NCBI RefSeq assembly: GCF_001194135.2
Contig: NC_068991.1
Coordinates: forward strand, 76,300,321-76,364,320
From: Octopus bimaculoides
Lineage: Eukaryota
Direction of reading: 5' to 3'
Length of the DNA: 64,000 nucleotides
Shown here piece after piece: positions 50,011 to 64,000 of the stretch. The first letter of the stretch is position 1. Each line of letters opens with the position of its first letter. The notes under the pieces are model-generated. The model was not told where the DNA came from. It was given only the letters and a program-made list of their open reading frames with translations, and did no database searches. A program made the translations under genes and the position numbers.

Positions 50011-52872
50011 ACAAGAGAAGATTATAATCTATCACATTATACATTTCAAAGCTTTGGTTATTTCGCAGAAGTTAATCGATACATAATTATACATCAAATG
50101 ATAGATAATATGATGTTTTGATAAATAATGAGATTGTGTGACACTGATAACATTTCTAAGTTAATTAGCAAAACAGATGATGTGGAATTGCTTCAATTGC
50201 CTGCCGAAAGGAATTCTGTCGTAGTAAATGCTTGGATTCTTGTTTTTCCAGTCCAACTGTCACTATTTCTTCAATAGTTAATTCATCATTGGCCAAAGGG
50301 CAACTTGTTGAAAATGAGCCGATTATACGCGCAAATCAATTCCAGCATATTATTCGAAAAACAAAAGACATTGTAGTACCTGGTTAGCATTCAATTCAGA
50401 ACAATAGACGAGACGATGTATGACATTTAGTGCATTACCCGTGAATTCCTTCTCCTACTTCACATTGTGCATACGCGATATTGATTTCTTTTTATTCACA
50501 CAAGTATATTCAGTGAAAGAATGAACGACGGCGCTGGCTCATATCCATTTTCGTTCTACTTTCAAATCAGCCATCTTTTATTTATTTCAAGTATCCTAAA
50601 TCTAAAACTTATGCACAGATTTTATAATGTCTCCATTTAATCTGCCGTTTCTACATACGTCTCAATGTTTGGTTTTTGGTATAAAACTATACACTGGAAG
50701 AGAAATCGTTTGCTTTACTGAATTAAGTCGACACCAGTGTATGAAAGGGAAATCAATCCCAGCTCTATTGCAGTATTCGAGCTTAAAGAGCACCAGACAT
50801 AAAAAAAGAAGACGCAAAGACATGTCTATATTAGATACGGTTTCGAGATTGTTAGTGAAATAGCACTTAAATAATAACTGGGTTTCGGGATTTATTGTGC
50901 TTGGTTGGTAACATATAACAACTATTTATTCTCTTCCAAGCTGTCTCCTGTTTTCCCTTAACTTCCATTTATTGAGAGTAGAAAATCTATCTGCCAAAAT
51001 AGCAAGAGAGTATTGCAATAGAGAGATGTCGACTGCCCCAACCAAAGAATAAATGTCGCATAATTTGCCCTGCCTTTGTAAACGGAAAGCCGCATTTAGT
51101 TTGCGTCTGTTTATATTTTGATTTCATTTGGCTTAATTGCCTTATCTTTCATGCCTTAAGGGAAGTACTAAGTACGCTGTAGGTGCACTCGAAATGACTA
51201 ACTTGCGATCCTGTGCTAATGTAAATAAGTAATATACTATGACAGAAGCAAGGTTGTATTGTTTGGTCTTCTTGTATTTAATAAAGAAAACTTTACATAT
51301 TCTACAGCAAACTTATAAAATAAAAATACATCAGAATTAAATTAATAAAAATATCAAAATCAAAGCTTGGAAATGTATAAACGTTATAAAATATGCCCAG
51401 CGCGAAGTGTAGTGACATTTTCATTACGTATATTTATTGGAATGTTGGCACGATTCTTTTGTTTATATTATGAAACGCTTCAGTAAAACAAAACGAAAAG
51501 TGACCTTTCACAAGTGATATCACATCAGACGTGCGAAATCTTTAGTGGGCCAAAGCTGTAAACAATAAAAAATATTACTGTGTGTTTTGATATTTTCATA
51601 AAATAAAAACAGCCATACATGGTTGACATATTTTGAAAGAAACTTTCCTTGATTGCAAAATTGATAAATTGTTTTAAGTTTTGGAAATTAATATTCTATG
51701 AATACCAATTTATACGACTGTGTGAAACATAAATGTCAAATAAACGAAAAAAAAAAGAAGAGATATTAGAAATATCACATCAAAAACAAAGCCATTTTTT
51801 ATGGGGTTTTTTTTGTATATTTTAATGCTGCTGTCCTCCCTTCCTTCAAAAGTCAACAGTTACGAAGTACAAAACTTAATATTGAGCAAATAATAAAAAC
51901 TGAAGTTATAAAATTATTGTCGATAGTATTTGGAATTTGGTTCTGTCTCCTAATTACTTTTGATTTCTTTAATCAGAGGACACGAGGGAAGCCAATTTAT
52001 TCGTGCCTGTTATTTCATAAGAATTTGTGAACCCCGAAAAGACGAAGAGCAAAGGTAATGTTGTCACCCCCGCCACACAGCATCGCCTGCGTCGTTCATA
52101 GATACGTACATACCTAAAGCCTTGAAATACTCGGTGTCACAGAGAATGAGCAAAAGAAACTAACACGGATTCTCCAAATCCACAGCAACTCAACTACAAA
52201 TTTATAAACGTCGAGAATTCTCATAACTCAAAGTTTTATCACTTTGTTAGCGACCAGCTTGAACTTTCTCAAAAGGAACTTACATAACACTCATTGTAAA
52301 ACCATACATACATACCATTACGTGCACCACTTAGTACAGCTTCCATTTCTGGCTAATCAAATTAGCATTCTCAACAATATATTTCTATATGAACCAAATA
52401 TGGCTTGTGCCTTCACAGGGTATGACGTTAATCCAATATGAATTTCTATAATCTTGTGGTTCAACAAGTTTTCTGTCATAAAGGATTGGTTGTCTTCTAA
52501 ATTTTGATTTTATCATGTAGGAAAATTTCGTCCTTCAGAGACAACCAGATTAGAAGATTATCCATTGAAGAAGATTTTGCACTGTCATTCACTTGGTTAA
52601 ATTATAGCCTAGTACTTTACAAATCTTAATATCTCATTTTGACAATAGTTTGATAAGTGTATAAAATAATCCCAAATATGTACGAGAAAAGGAAATTGAG
52701 TAAAACTTGGCTTCGTTCATGCTTGAAAGATGCCGATTCAAACTCATTTTAAAGGCGACAAAATCAAGAACATCTCACAGAATAATGTCAACGGAAAGGA
52801 AAATGCTTTCCGAAAAACACAAACACAGTCAAATATCATTCACAAAACAAACTATAGATAGAGAGTACGTGT

Positions 52873-52958
<86 letters not shown>

Positions 52959-53761
52959 CAATATACATAAATACATACGTACATAAATGATCGCACTTGA
53001 CAAGATCTTTCAAAACAGCTGTGTGATCTTTTTTTTTACGATAGAGAGCATAAGAAACATTAAAGTAGCAAAGATAATAATTGCATTAAATACTATTATT
53101 ATATCCACTCTTCACACCACCAGGCCAGACTGGAGTCATTAAAACTCATACAGCAAATATACATCTTATATGTGATTTAATGTATTTCTTTCTACTGTAG
53201 GTAGAAAGTATTCTCGTTTGTGAGAGCAGTCGAGTTTATTTCAGATATTCTCATTTAAAAAACTCCTCTCCCCGCTAATCGTTGAGGGGACAGTGCTGTT
53301 GCGTTGGCGCAGGTTTGCGCTGTCTGAGTTCTCTTGGTTTTTATACTTTCGTTTCCTGGAAGAAATGTGGTAAAGTTTTTTCAAAGGTTTGCAAAAGATT
53401 TTTAGACTAGCTAAAACATAGGAAGGAACAGATTCTGTTGAAATATCAATGGCGCTTTCTTGTCATTTTTTTATATATATATAATTTGGTCCGCATATAT
53501 ATTGCAGCCTATACTGCGACTGATGCAAATGAGTATGTATATACATATTTAATAGGAATTGGCAGATAGAGTGTCGGAGCGTAACACGATGATCTGAACG
53601 CTAATGTAATTTGTTGTTTGTTGTGCATATGTGTGCGTCTATGTGTTTCTGGAAGTATGTGGAATGTGTATGTATGTCATACATGAATATGCGTGTGTGT
53701 GCATATTTATATGTGTATACATATATGTGTATATATACTTATATACATACGCGTATACATT

Positions 53762-53819
<58 letters not shown>

Positions 53820-53959
53820 TATATATACATGCATACACACATGCTTACACATGCATATTCATATATATAAGTATATGAATATGTACATACGCACACGTAC
53901 CTTATGTATTATTTAGCACTGCGTACACAGACATACACATCTATATGTACATTTATATA

Positions 53960-54002
<43 letters not shown>

Positions 54003-54659
54003 TTGTGTTTGCGTATATGTCTGTGCGTGTGCGCCCATGTGTGTTTGCGTTTGTGTGCGCATGCATTTGGGTATGTCTGTGTGTGTGTGTGAGTGTGTGT
54101 TTGTGTTTATACATATATTCTTTCCTAAAAGGAAGTATAAAAAGTAATAAGCACGTGCTGTGATATGAAATATAATAGTTAAATAGATATTATTAATAAA
54201 ACATAAAAAGAAAACTATTCACCAGTGAAACACAAAGTTTGAATTTTAATGAAACATAATAGAGGCAGCAATATTATTCATTATATTTAATCTTAATATA
54301 AAGATTTTCGACTTGGCCTTGCTTGTTTATGTTTAAGCGGTTTTCTATGTTTCTGCCTATTTCCTATTTTACCCTCTTTTCCTCCGCACCCTTCATTCAC
54401 TCTCAACGTCTCACTCATTTAATCACCCAGTTTTTAAATCTTTCTTCCTCTCTCTCTTTCTCTCTTTCCCTCTTTCTCTCTCTCTCTTTCTCTCTCTCTC
54501 TTTCGTGTTACGTTCTTTGTCTCTCTCACCATTTGTATTTACATTAGCCTCTTTCTTCCGTTCAACCTTCTTCTTGTCTCGTATAGACACGCAGTCATCT
54601 TTTTTGAAACGCCTTCCCCACACTCAAGTCATAATCATCTACCCTTCGAGAAAGGGAAT

Positions 54660-54705
<46 letters not shown>

Positions 54706-54859
54706 NNNNNNNNNNAGTAGTAGTAGTAGTAGTAGTAGTAGTAACAGCAACAGCAGCACCACCACCAATTTCATTATATCAACTGACTTTATACATAATG
54801 CAGCGTAGAACTTGCCATTGAAAATGAGATAAAAAACCTGGGGAAATGTATCTAAAATA

Positions 54860-55801
54860 TTGGGCCCTCCCATGAATAATGCGGTTTTTTTATACTTCTT
54901 TTATTTTTCAAAATTAAGATAAGCAAAATGGGTGGAGCATCGTTTCCCATTCAAACTGCTCCAGCTTTTGGAAAGTCAACCTCCCTGTGTGTAGCCTAGA
55001 ATTATCCTGTTGGAAGAACACCTTTCGTCTTGAAGCCAAAGATGGTCGTTTTTCTTCTAGCGTTGACTTAAACCACTGCAGCTGCTCGCAGTTGATCTCC
55101 TTTGTTATCGTTTGGTTTGGGTTTAAAAGTTCAAAGTGGACTAAATCTTTCACATCCCACCAAACAGATAACAACGCCTTATGTGTCTGAAGACCTTTAA
55201 CCTGGGGTGCCAGTGTTTCTCCTTTCCATACTCACTATTTTCGGCGCTTGACATTTTTTTTAGGGACGTTTGACATTTCTCGTCAGCATTCACTATTCGT
55301 GAGAATAGACTGCGCGCGGTTAGACTCGGAAGGTCTGTGAGCAACCCATTGACCCAATTTTCTGACTTTTCCGATGACACGCATGTGTCGATGAATGGTT
55401 GAACGACCAAATCCAAACTTCTCTGCTAGTTCCTCAACAGTTATGATGGGATTTTGTTCCACCGCTCGAAATTTCTGGATCCACCGTTGACACTGGTTTA
55501 CGCTTTGCCCGATCGCCATGTACTGCATTAATATTCCTCGCACTTTCCGTTGCGTTGTTGCCTTTATTGAACTCCTAAAGCAAAATATGCCGAATATACT
55601 CGTTTGTCACTTCCATTAAAGCTTTGAAAAAATAACTGTTAAAATCGAACTGCACTCTTCAAAATTTACATTAAGAATAAGGACAAGGTAAATTTTCTAC
55701 CTGCTTTTATAGCAAGTTGATGCAGGTAGTTTATCCCATCCCCCTCTGACATTTAGTTCGTGCAATTGAAAAAAAAACGCATTATTTATGGGATGACCGA
55801 A
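54860..55801 (-). mobile_element. Mariner transposon with both TIRs, internally deleted pseudogene
   Basis: Imperfect TIRs TTGGGCCCTCCCATGAATAATGCG / CGCATTATTTATGGGATGACCGAA with TA on both sides; frames give CQRWIQKFR, ELAEKFG..STIHRH...KLGQWVAH, RIVNADEK, MLSVWWD, QQDNSRLH. Confidence 0.92.
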
Positions 55802-56479
55802 TATATTAAATGGGAAATGGACAAAATTGCAAGAATATATTATGAGAGTTTTAAATTTTAATATATAGAGCTTATATAGAACAGCTATCCCTATAGAGGT
55901 GTGAAACCACCGCTTAGATAGGAACAGGGCAAACCACAACTCGCACCGAATTCTTCTGTGATTACTTTATGCAAATCTATTCCTTGAACTCAATACTCAA
56001 GCATCTTGTGTTTTGGCAGAAATTTTAAACTTTTCACGAAGCATCTCATTTATTCATGTTGAGCCAGTGATAGACTTCCAAGTATTTTTCACTAAAATTC
56101 AACAATTTTGCGGTTCAGTGTAATCATATCACATTTTCTCATAAATTAACAAGACATTACTCTTGTTCTGTGTCAGTTTAGTGCGCATATCCATCAGATT
56201 CTTGTTATTGATTCGATCAGCATCTGGCATTTCACAGATGGTTTCCAGGCATCTATTGGTTTTTAGATTAGACTCATTCTAGTTTTCTTTCCTTCGTGTT
56301 TCTTTCTTTTCTGTCGGAGTCGGTTTCATTCATTGTTCATGCTCTTTGCCTATTAAATAACGCCCAAGCGGTACTGTGAGACAGAAGTCAGAAGCTTTTA
56401 GTTTCTACTAAGAAGAAGACGTCTTTGATTCTTGACGCCCCGCATCGTCGTCTCCCTTGTGCTACTCATATTGATTATA

Positions 56480-57270
56480 TGATGATTTCGTTTTCTCCTA
56501 CCTGGTAAAAGTACATGTTCGCATGTATTTTTACAGTTCCCAAAGAACCTATTTTTATAGGAAAGTTTTCAGTTTTCAGGCCCTACAATAACGTTATTAC
56601 TATTTCAAAACTTTTAACGTAATATAATTTCTCCGTCTCCTTTAGCGACGCATTATCATCATTATTTGGTACTGATATAGCGATTAGGAGACATTTCTAT
56701 TCCGTGTGGTCTTTGACGATAATATCTGGTCAGTTAACCTTAAATTCTCTGGCTGTGTGTATCGGCATACCAATGTATGGCTGTTTTGCCATTCTCGGAC
56801 ACAATGTTTCTCTTATATTTCTATTACACCACTTATCTAGTGTTATTTCATAGTGCTGGCATAATTTCCAATAATTTCCTGAACTCATATCTTGGAAAAG
56901 AATGAGTAGCCACAAGCAATGTAATTATTTCTTCCTCACTCCAACATCTTCTGTAGTTACCGGGTACTTCTCTATCATTATATACTTCCGGTGGTTTCTG
57001 ATGGATATGCTTTAGCTTTGGGCCGCAATCAAGAAACCTTCAGTGTCTCTGCGTTGAGTCATTCGCTTCTCAACCAGTGTTCTTTGTCTACTTCCATTTA
57101 TGTCCGTTTTTGTTTCCAGTTTCGGCCATCATTGGGCCTTTCTTGCCACTATTTATTACGGCATTCTATAGCCCCAAGGTTAGTTTTAATGTAAATCGTT
57201 TCATGATTTATATTGTTTCTCAATTTATTTTCTTCGTAGCTATCTGCTACTGTAGCATCTGATTCGTATT
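56480..57270 (-). mobile_element. R4/Dong-type (RLE) LINE 3' coding remnant
   Basis: AETEGFLIAAQ, YWKLCQHYEI, MPIHTAREFKVN*PDIIVKDH, SLKETEK, PIKIGSLGT motifs in order. Confidence 0.8.
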
Positions 57271-57304
57271 TGTCGACTCCCTAGATGGCAGAAAGAGATC
57301 TCTT

Positions 57305-57412
57305 TTGCTTTATTCTTTTATTCTTTTACTCGTTTCAGTCATTTGACTGCGGCCATGATGAAGCACCACATTTAGTTGTACAAATGGACCCCAGGACTTA
57401 TTCTTTGTAACC
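57305..57412 (-). mobile_element. SINE family B 3' tail
   Basis: TTCTTTTACTCGTTTCAGTCATTTGACTGCGGCCATG..., reverse complement of the tail type seen at 49960-50010. Confidence 0.75.
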
Positions 57413-57979
57413 TTAGAACTTTTTGAGATTTTTGCATTAATTTTGCGTAATTCTATACAAGGTATTTTCGTAACCGTACAGCAGATTATTATAACTGTTT
57501 TCTATTTGTATAAAACATCTTACAGCTTTGTATTTAGAGTAAATATAGATTACCAATGTCACACTTTGGGTACTGTATTCTAAACTCATTCATTATTTTC
57601 CTTATTCGCGCCTTTAGTCTGGCTAGTTTATTTAGCGTTCAATTGAGGATATTAAAACTGTAATTTATGGCTGCGACAGCTAGAGTAACGATGCCAATTA
57701 CTTACTTTCTTTTTCACATTAGTTCTAATTAAAATGTGATTTTAATGTGTCTATAGTATTCCTTTCATCATTTTTTTCATGTCTATGTGTTTTACATTGT
57801 CTAATTCATTGATGCCCAGTATTTTTATGTCTGCGTTTGGTCTAATTTTCTTATCTCAATTTCTGAATCTAGTATAATATTAGTGTTCTAAATTAATTTT
57901 TCTCCTGCTCTGTAGTATGACATTAGTTTCCTCAATTAATTTTCTTCTCTACTATGATGTTTGCGCTTTTAATTTATTG

Positions 57980-58187
57980 CTGGTGAGCAGGCAGAATCGT
58001 TGACACGCCGGTTAAAATGCCTAGCGGCTTTTTCGTCCTTCTTTACGCACTGAGTTCATATTCCGCCGAGGATATTTTTGTTTTAATCATAAAATAATGA
58101 CCACCTGAGCACTGGAGTCTTTGTAATCTACTTGTCCCCTCTCCCGAAATTACTGACCCTGCGCCAAAACTCGAAACCATTATTATT
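57980..58187 (+). mobile_element. SINE family A, degenerate, ending in (ATT)n
   Basis: GGTGAGCAGGCAGAATCGTTGACACGCCGG...CTGAGTTCATATTCCGCCGAGG...GCCAAAACTCGAAACCATTATTATT. Confidence 0.8.
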
Positions 58188-58640
58188 TATTGTATTTGCA
58201 CAGCTTCTAACTTTGGTGATGTACAACAGTGGCAGCTGTTCACTACCAGTGAACTAAGGTAACACCCTTTATTTTTCGAGCACCATCCAGAGTATTCGAG
58301 CGGTTCCAAGCAGTGCTGCTTTCTGCAAGTGCTCCACCCTTATTGTAGCCCCTATGTGTTCCATATACTTCTGAAGATTTTTACTCACTGTTCCCAGGGC
58401 TCCGACAATTATTGGTACTACCATCACCTTTTTCATCGACCACAACTGCTTAACCTCCCAAGCTAACCTGTCATACCTGTCGACTTTTCTTTCTTCCTTA
58501 TCGCATACATTGTTGTCAGCTGGGCATTCTATATCCATGACCCAGCATCATTTGCTTTCTTTCTCAATTAACACTATGTCTGGATTCCTATTCTCTATCT
58601 CATGGTCGCACTTATTGCTTTCACGCTTGGGCCATACAGT
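58188..58640 (-). mobile_element. 5'-truncated RLE-type LINE (R4-like) 3' end
   Basis: CDHEIENRNPDIVLIEKESK*CWVMDIECP...KYDRLAWEVKQLW-like...VPIIVGALGTV...LQKAALLGTARIL (restriction-like endonuclease domain), short 3' UTR, AAT tail. Confidence 0.88.
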
Positions 58641-60989
58641 TTTAAGAAGAAGAAGAAGTGTATTTTTGCTGTTATCATCTTAAAAGACAGTGGATTAACA
58701 GAATCGTAACCATGTTGGTTCTGGTGCTTTACATTCTGAACTTAAGTCTCACCGGGACCATCTTAGTCTTGCATATCTAGGGTTGATATAATAAATTACA
58801 AACAAGCAATGAGGTCGATATAATTGATTGGACTCCCCTCCTGCAGAGTTAATGACCTTCAGCCTAAATTAAATATTTTTATACTGATTATTTCTTTCTG
58901 TCATAAAATCTAGAGAATGTATTCAGAAAATGTATAAGTATGTATTAGCTATATTAAAATTTATATCAGCCAAAATCACTTTAATAATTGTATATTGCCA
59001 TAACATAATGTAAATGAGGAGTTTATATTGATAATAATGCTATTTCCATTAAAGCATTTTAAGACATCTAGAATATTTAAAATATATAAATATACGAATG
59101 GATATTAATGTTATATATAATACAAAATATGAATACCATAATTTTATAAACTGATGCTTTATAGCACACTGAAAACAGGAAATATTCTAAATAATACTGT
59201 CCAAATCGACACAACAGACAAATTAAGAATATGCACCTGTAAATTACTTAAGATTAATGATTATGCATATATATGTATATATATAAACAAGTTTTGCTAA
59301 TTGGAATATGGAATATTAATAAATAATGGAAGAACTATTTGTAGCGTTTCACTAATTCTGATATTTTGATTTTAATGGTATGTTATACGTCTCCGAAAGA
59401 AACACCAAGAAACGTGTTCTTTAGCACACTAGCCAATTTTGTAAGCGTTTATAATATTATGTTATATGAATTGTTAATACAGGGTGACACCCCACCTCGA
59501 TGCGTCACCGCCTAACTATTTAATTGTATCTGGATTTTAAAGACCGATACCATGATACCATTACTGCTAAAAAGGTGAGCTGTGTCTCTCGAAGAAGTAT
59601 ATCCTATTACAACTTTGTGTCATGAATAAACAATTTAGAATTCATGAATTTTACCACGTAGCTCTATTTATACATATTTCAGAATTTCTAAATAACAACT
59701 TACTTAAATAATCTATTCCGCACATATATGGATGTTTCATGCACTGGATATTACCCATACATTGTAAATGAAATCATTTATGTTCAACAAAACCTAACTG
59801 CACTAATATTTGTCACATTACTTTCTTTAGTGTATTTTGTAGCATTATATACATAGAATTCATGAAAATATTATGGTTTGCATGTGAATAGAAGAATATG
59901 TCACGTATTCTGTGCATGATAATTAAAAAGATGAATGTTCAACAGCCTTAAAAAATTATTTTGGGGGAGAAAACAATGAAACCACGATAACTAATCATAT
60001 TTGGGTGTATTTACACATATTTTTGCTCTCATAGTGTCACACCTATTTTCTGTTTCTCCGTCTGAATGAATAATTGTCTATGTGAAACTTAGAAGATTTA
60101 ATGAAATATACAAAATCTCCGCATCATGCGATTTTTTACTTCGTGTACAAGCGTTCAGCAATCCATACATACCCACACAAACAGGCACACACACAATGTA
60201 TACGTATGTATGCATGTGTACATATGTGTATATGTGTGTGTTTGTGCATATGTATGTATAACTGTATAGATACATACATGTATCCATGTATGTAAGTATA
60301 AATGTATGTAAATATAGATGCATATATCTGTTTCTTTCGCTGTTTCATGTTATTGTGTGTGATAACAATAGCAAGATAGAGTTTCCATTATTCCTATTAA
60401 TCATTTAGTGTTGTCATTTCAATATTGAATGTTACTTCATTGCTATTGTTTTCGCCATTAACTGCGAATACGTAACTGATCTGATTTTTCTTTTATAATA
60501 CCGCATGACATTTTTATTGCTATGTCAAAAGTATTGTATTTCCTTTCGAGTAGAAACAAGTGGGGATAATATAGTCGCTTGAATTGACACTAGTATATCA
60601 GTAATGTATATTTTATCGGTTCCCAATAGGGGAACAACAAAGTGAAACTCCCGTGGAATTTTTACGCAGAATGACGTTGAACGAAGCTATGAAATTTAAG
60701 GCATTTATTTGGTAAAGTGCTGTACCCATTTTAATATCCACTATTTTTCTCTATCAAATATATTAGTTTCTTTTTGTGCTGTTGTTTTGTTTGGTTTTTT
60801 TTTTTTTTGGTTGGATAGTAGACTCGATATTTATTTTACTTCCTTAATGAACAAACCAGCGGAAGAATAGTAGCGTGATAACTCTTGTCAGAGTCTTGGA
60901 TTGTAGTTGGAGGAGGAAAGGAATTTCTCATCATACTCGAGGCGTGGTATGTCTGAACACTGCTAAACGCAACTAAGAACCAAGTAAAA

Positions 60990-61208
60990 TATTCTTTTCT
61001 ACGCTAGGCACAAAGACCGAAATTTTGGGGAAGGTTATCCAGTCGATTAAAACGACCCCAGTATGCAACTGGTGTTTAATTTATCGACCCCGAAACGATG
61101 AAAGGCAAAGTCGACCTCGGCGGAATTTGATCTCAGAACGTAAAGACAGACTAAATACTGCTAAGCATTTCGCCCGGCGTGCTACCGTTTCTGCCAGCTC
61201 ACCGCCTT
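60990..61208 (-). mobile_element. SINE family A
   Basis: Reverse complement GGCGGTGAGCTGGCAGAAACGGTAGCACGCCGGGCGAAATGCTTAGC...AATTCCGCCGAGGTCGACTTTGCC. Confidence 0.92.
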
Positions 61209-61632
61209 AGTTATAAGGGAAGTTTAAAGCAACCGACAGAATATGTGACGATGGATCACCGTGGCACAGCGATGAAGATTCAGTCGTTAAGTACCTGCTC
61301 CTGAATGAACGTGTAAGTGATTGTATATTCCATAGATACGGCTAACCTTAACAGAATTTTCTGGCACAAACAGCGTGACCGTGTATGACAAGTCTCTAAC
61401 ATTTTAGTTGCCGATAAAATGTTCTTGATGGGCTATATCTATTTCAGTCTAACCAATTACATTTACAAGTCTTAGTCTGACTTGATTCTCAGATTCTACA
61501 CAATAGGATCAAAACCGAACCCACGTGGCATCTTAACCAGTCGGCCATACTGCAACTACACAGATTATGTACACGCAGTATAATAAAAGCTTCCGTCGAT
61601 AGGCTTTGTTACAGTTTCTAACAAATTATATG

Positions 61633-61685
<53 letters not shown>

Positions 61686-61891
61686 CTTACTTTTTTCCCT
61701 GATGATTCTTGAGGTTCATTCATAGAATCAAATAGTGGGTATGCTTCCGTAAGATTGTGTCATTGTGAAGGTCAAAGGACCACCACACATCTGAGGCCAT
61801 GTTGTAGCTTTACACGTCCACAATTCATCCTTGTATAGAATATTGCTGTCATATTTGGGCAGGTACACTACCTTGTCACATGGATCTCAAT

Positions 61892-62030
61892 GACCGGGTA
61901 TAGCAAATCCACTCACAAGGATTTGGTCAGCCCGAGGCTGCAGTAGAAGACCCTTGAAGAAGGTAGTACGTAGTAGGACTAAACCCGGAACCATGTGGCT
62001 TCAAAGCAAGATTCTTATCATATAACCTCT
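61892..62030 (-). mobile_element. SINE family B, degenerate 5' part
   Basis: AAATCCACTCACAAGG..TTGGTCAGCCCGAGGCT..AGTAGAAGAC...AACCCGGAACCATGTGG. Confidence 0.7.
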
Positions 62031-62169
62031 ACTCATTCGACGAAAATCATCGGAAAGACTGTCCGTAAATAGGTGTTCGTATATATTGTTATGCGTGGTG
62101 GAGAGTATTTAACACACAGGTTCATGCACACACTCATACATATGTTTATAAATTATATATACTTATATA

Positions 62170-62255
<86 letters not shown>

Positions 62256-62396
62256 CACACACATATATATATATGTCTATATGTATGTCTGTCTGTATGT
62301 ATGTATGTATGTATGTATCTATGTAAATATATAAATATACACATTTATATTTTATATATGTATATATGCACAAGCATGCATACACACACACACACG

Positions 62397-62437
<41 letters not shown>

Positions 62438-62864
62438 ACATATACACAGGATGCTTGTCTTTCTATGTTTATTTGGTTAGTTCTATATGATTGTGGCTGT
62501 GTAGCCGCGAATTTATATGTGTGGACTTGGATCAGTCTCTGATTATTGTGTAAGCAGGATTGTCTGCAATTATTCAAATACTTTCGCTTCCACCGAGATG
62601 TAAACGCTACTTCATATGCATTTATTATTCATTAGACTACAGTAAATATTTGATTTTCTTTCCTCCTAATAATTTGACGTCCTTTTACAAATATGTAAAC
62701 CTTTTTCATAGATAATTGCATATTTACCGCGATTTCGCTTTTAATCAAACCGCAACAAATGATATTTAGGTTTCAAAAAAGCAATTTAATTATTATGAAT
62801 TGGGAGAGATATTTTCAGAAACTGAAGAGTTTTCATGCAAGTTATGTTTGTTCTGGGACTTCAG

Positions 62865-63045
62865 GAGGCGAGGTGGCAAAATCGTTAGCACACCGAGCAA
62901 AAGGCTTAGCGGCATTTTGTCCGTCCTTATGTCTTGTGTGCAAATTCCCTCGGGGAATTTTCAGGGTCGATAAAATAAGTACCAGTTGAACACCGAGATC
63001 GATGTAATCGGTTTGACTCCACCCCGAGAAAGTGTTGTATTTCCT
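62865..63045 (+). mobile_element. SINE family A, degenerate with small internal deletion
   Basis: GGCGAGGTGGCAAAATCGTTAGCAC...GGGTCGATAAAATAAGTACCAGTTG. Confidence 0.8.
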
Positions 63046-63302
63046 CGGATCCTCTGCAGAGAGTTCTGTAAAATTTAGAATGCCCCAAGTATACAAATAA
63101 TCGTTGAGTTCTTTAAAAAATGAATAAATAACTAAGAGAAGGCTAAAGTGATTCAACTACTTTCATAAATGGATTTTCCTTTCATTTTCTTGTTGTTTTT
63201 CTTGGATTCGTATGAAACGATTGATCTAAGAGTTGTTTATTTGTGTTACAATAATGAACAGCAATATAAAAAGTGGGTCGGATGTATAAACTTCAATTAA
63301 AT

Positions 63303-63492
63303 ACACACCGGACAAAATGCTTTGCAATGTTTCATCCGTCTTTACGTTCTGAGTACAAATCGAAAAATCACCTTTGCCTTTCTTCCTTTCGGGAAATATA
63401 AAATAAATATCAGTTGATCCCTGGGGTCGATGTAATCGACTTATCTTCTCCCTGGAATTTTCTGGCCTTGCGCCAAAATTAGGAATCATTAT
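63303..63492 (+). mobile_element. SINE family A, head-truncated
   Basis: GTCTTTACGTTCTGAGTACAAAT...CTGGGGTCGATGTAATCGACTT...GCGCCAAAATT...CATTATT. Confidence 0.75.
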
Positions 63493-63945
63493 TAAACACA
63501 TCGATCTTGAATATTAAACATATATATAAACCAGTTACAAGTTATAGAACCGAAACATGCCAAACATGTTTAGCATAAGTTTATTTAGTGAGTTCAGAGA
63601 CCTGCATTGATTCAGCGCTGATAATAATGTGCAGCAAGTATATTCGTTACATAAACACACATATTGCATACGATAATGGAGTATGTTGTATAAGATATAC
63701 AATAATATATAAGAGGGAGTTAGCGCTATATTATGTACGATATGATTGGAGGAAAATACATAAGCCCAAAAGTTGTGCACATTAAAGATTCACTGTAAGT
63801 TTCGATAATGGTATTAATTCAGACATGCCAATCCAATGAGGTCAGCCACCTCAGAAACTTTGCAGTAACAGTCAATAAAATTATTAGAAAAAACATGTTA
63901 CTTGACTTTGTGTGTGTGTGTGTGTGTGTGTATGTGTGTGTGTGT

Positions 63946-64000
<55 letters not shown>

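Noticed and set aside
61699-61740. CTGATGA with a short stem
   Set aside because: No GAAA at the expected position and only 3 bp of helix I.

Overview
This is animal genomic DNA, not prokaryotic: AT-rich, saturated with microsatellites, and broken by N-gaps that nearly all sit in (TA)n tracts. The repeat complement points to a coleoid cephalopod, most likely Octopus; that is my inference from recognising the SINE families, not from a search. Most ORFs in the supplied track are translations of microsatellites or of transposon remnants. Identifiable content: about 17 tRNA-derived SINE copies of three families, six Tc1/mariner-superfamily remnants plus a Tigger-like MITE, LINE fragments (RTE, L1/Tx1, RLE-type R4/Dong), three long foldback elements, and a series of short exon candidates suggesting an unidentified minus-strand multi-exon gene across roughly 4.5-43.5 kb. 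The most interesting signal is a set of minimal Penelope-type hammerhead ribozyme motifs in three unrelated small non-coding elements: a 278-bp foldback at 38.1 kb, a tRNA-SINE tail at 24.3 kb and the hinge of a 473-bp palindrome at 14.9 kb. All three lie on the + strand. Calls were made by eye; exon models and family names need database and RNA-seq confirmation.
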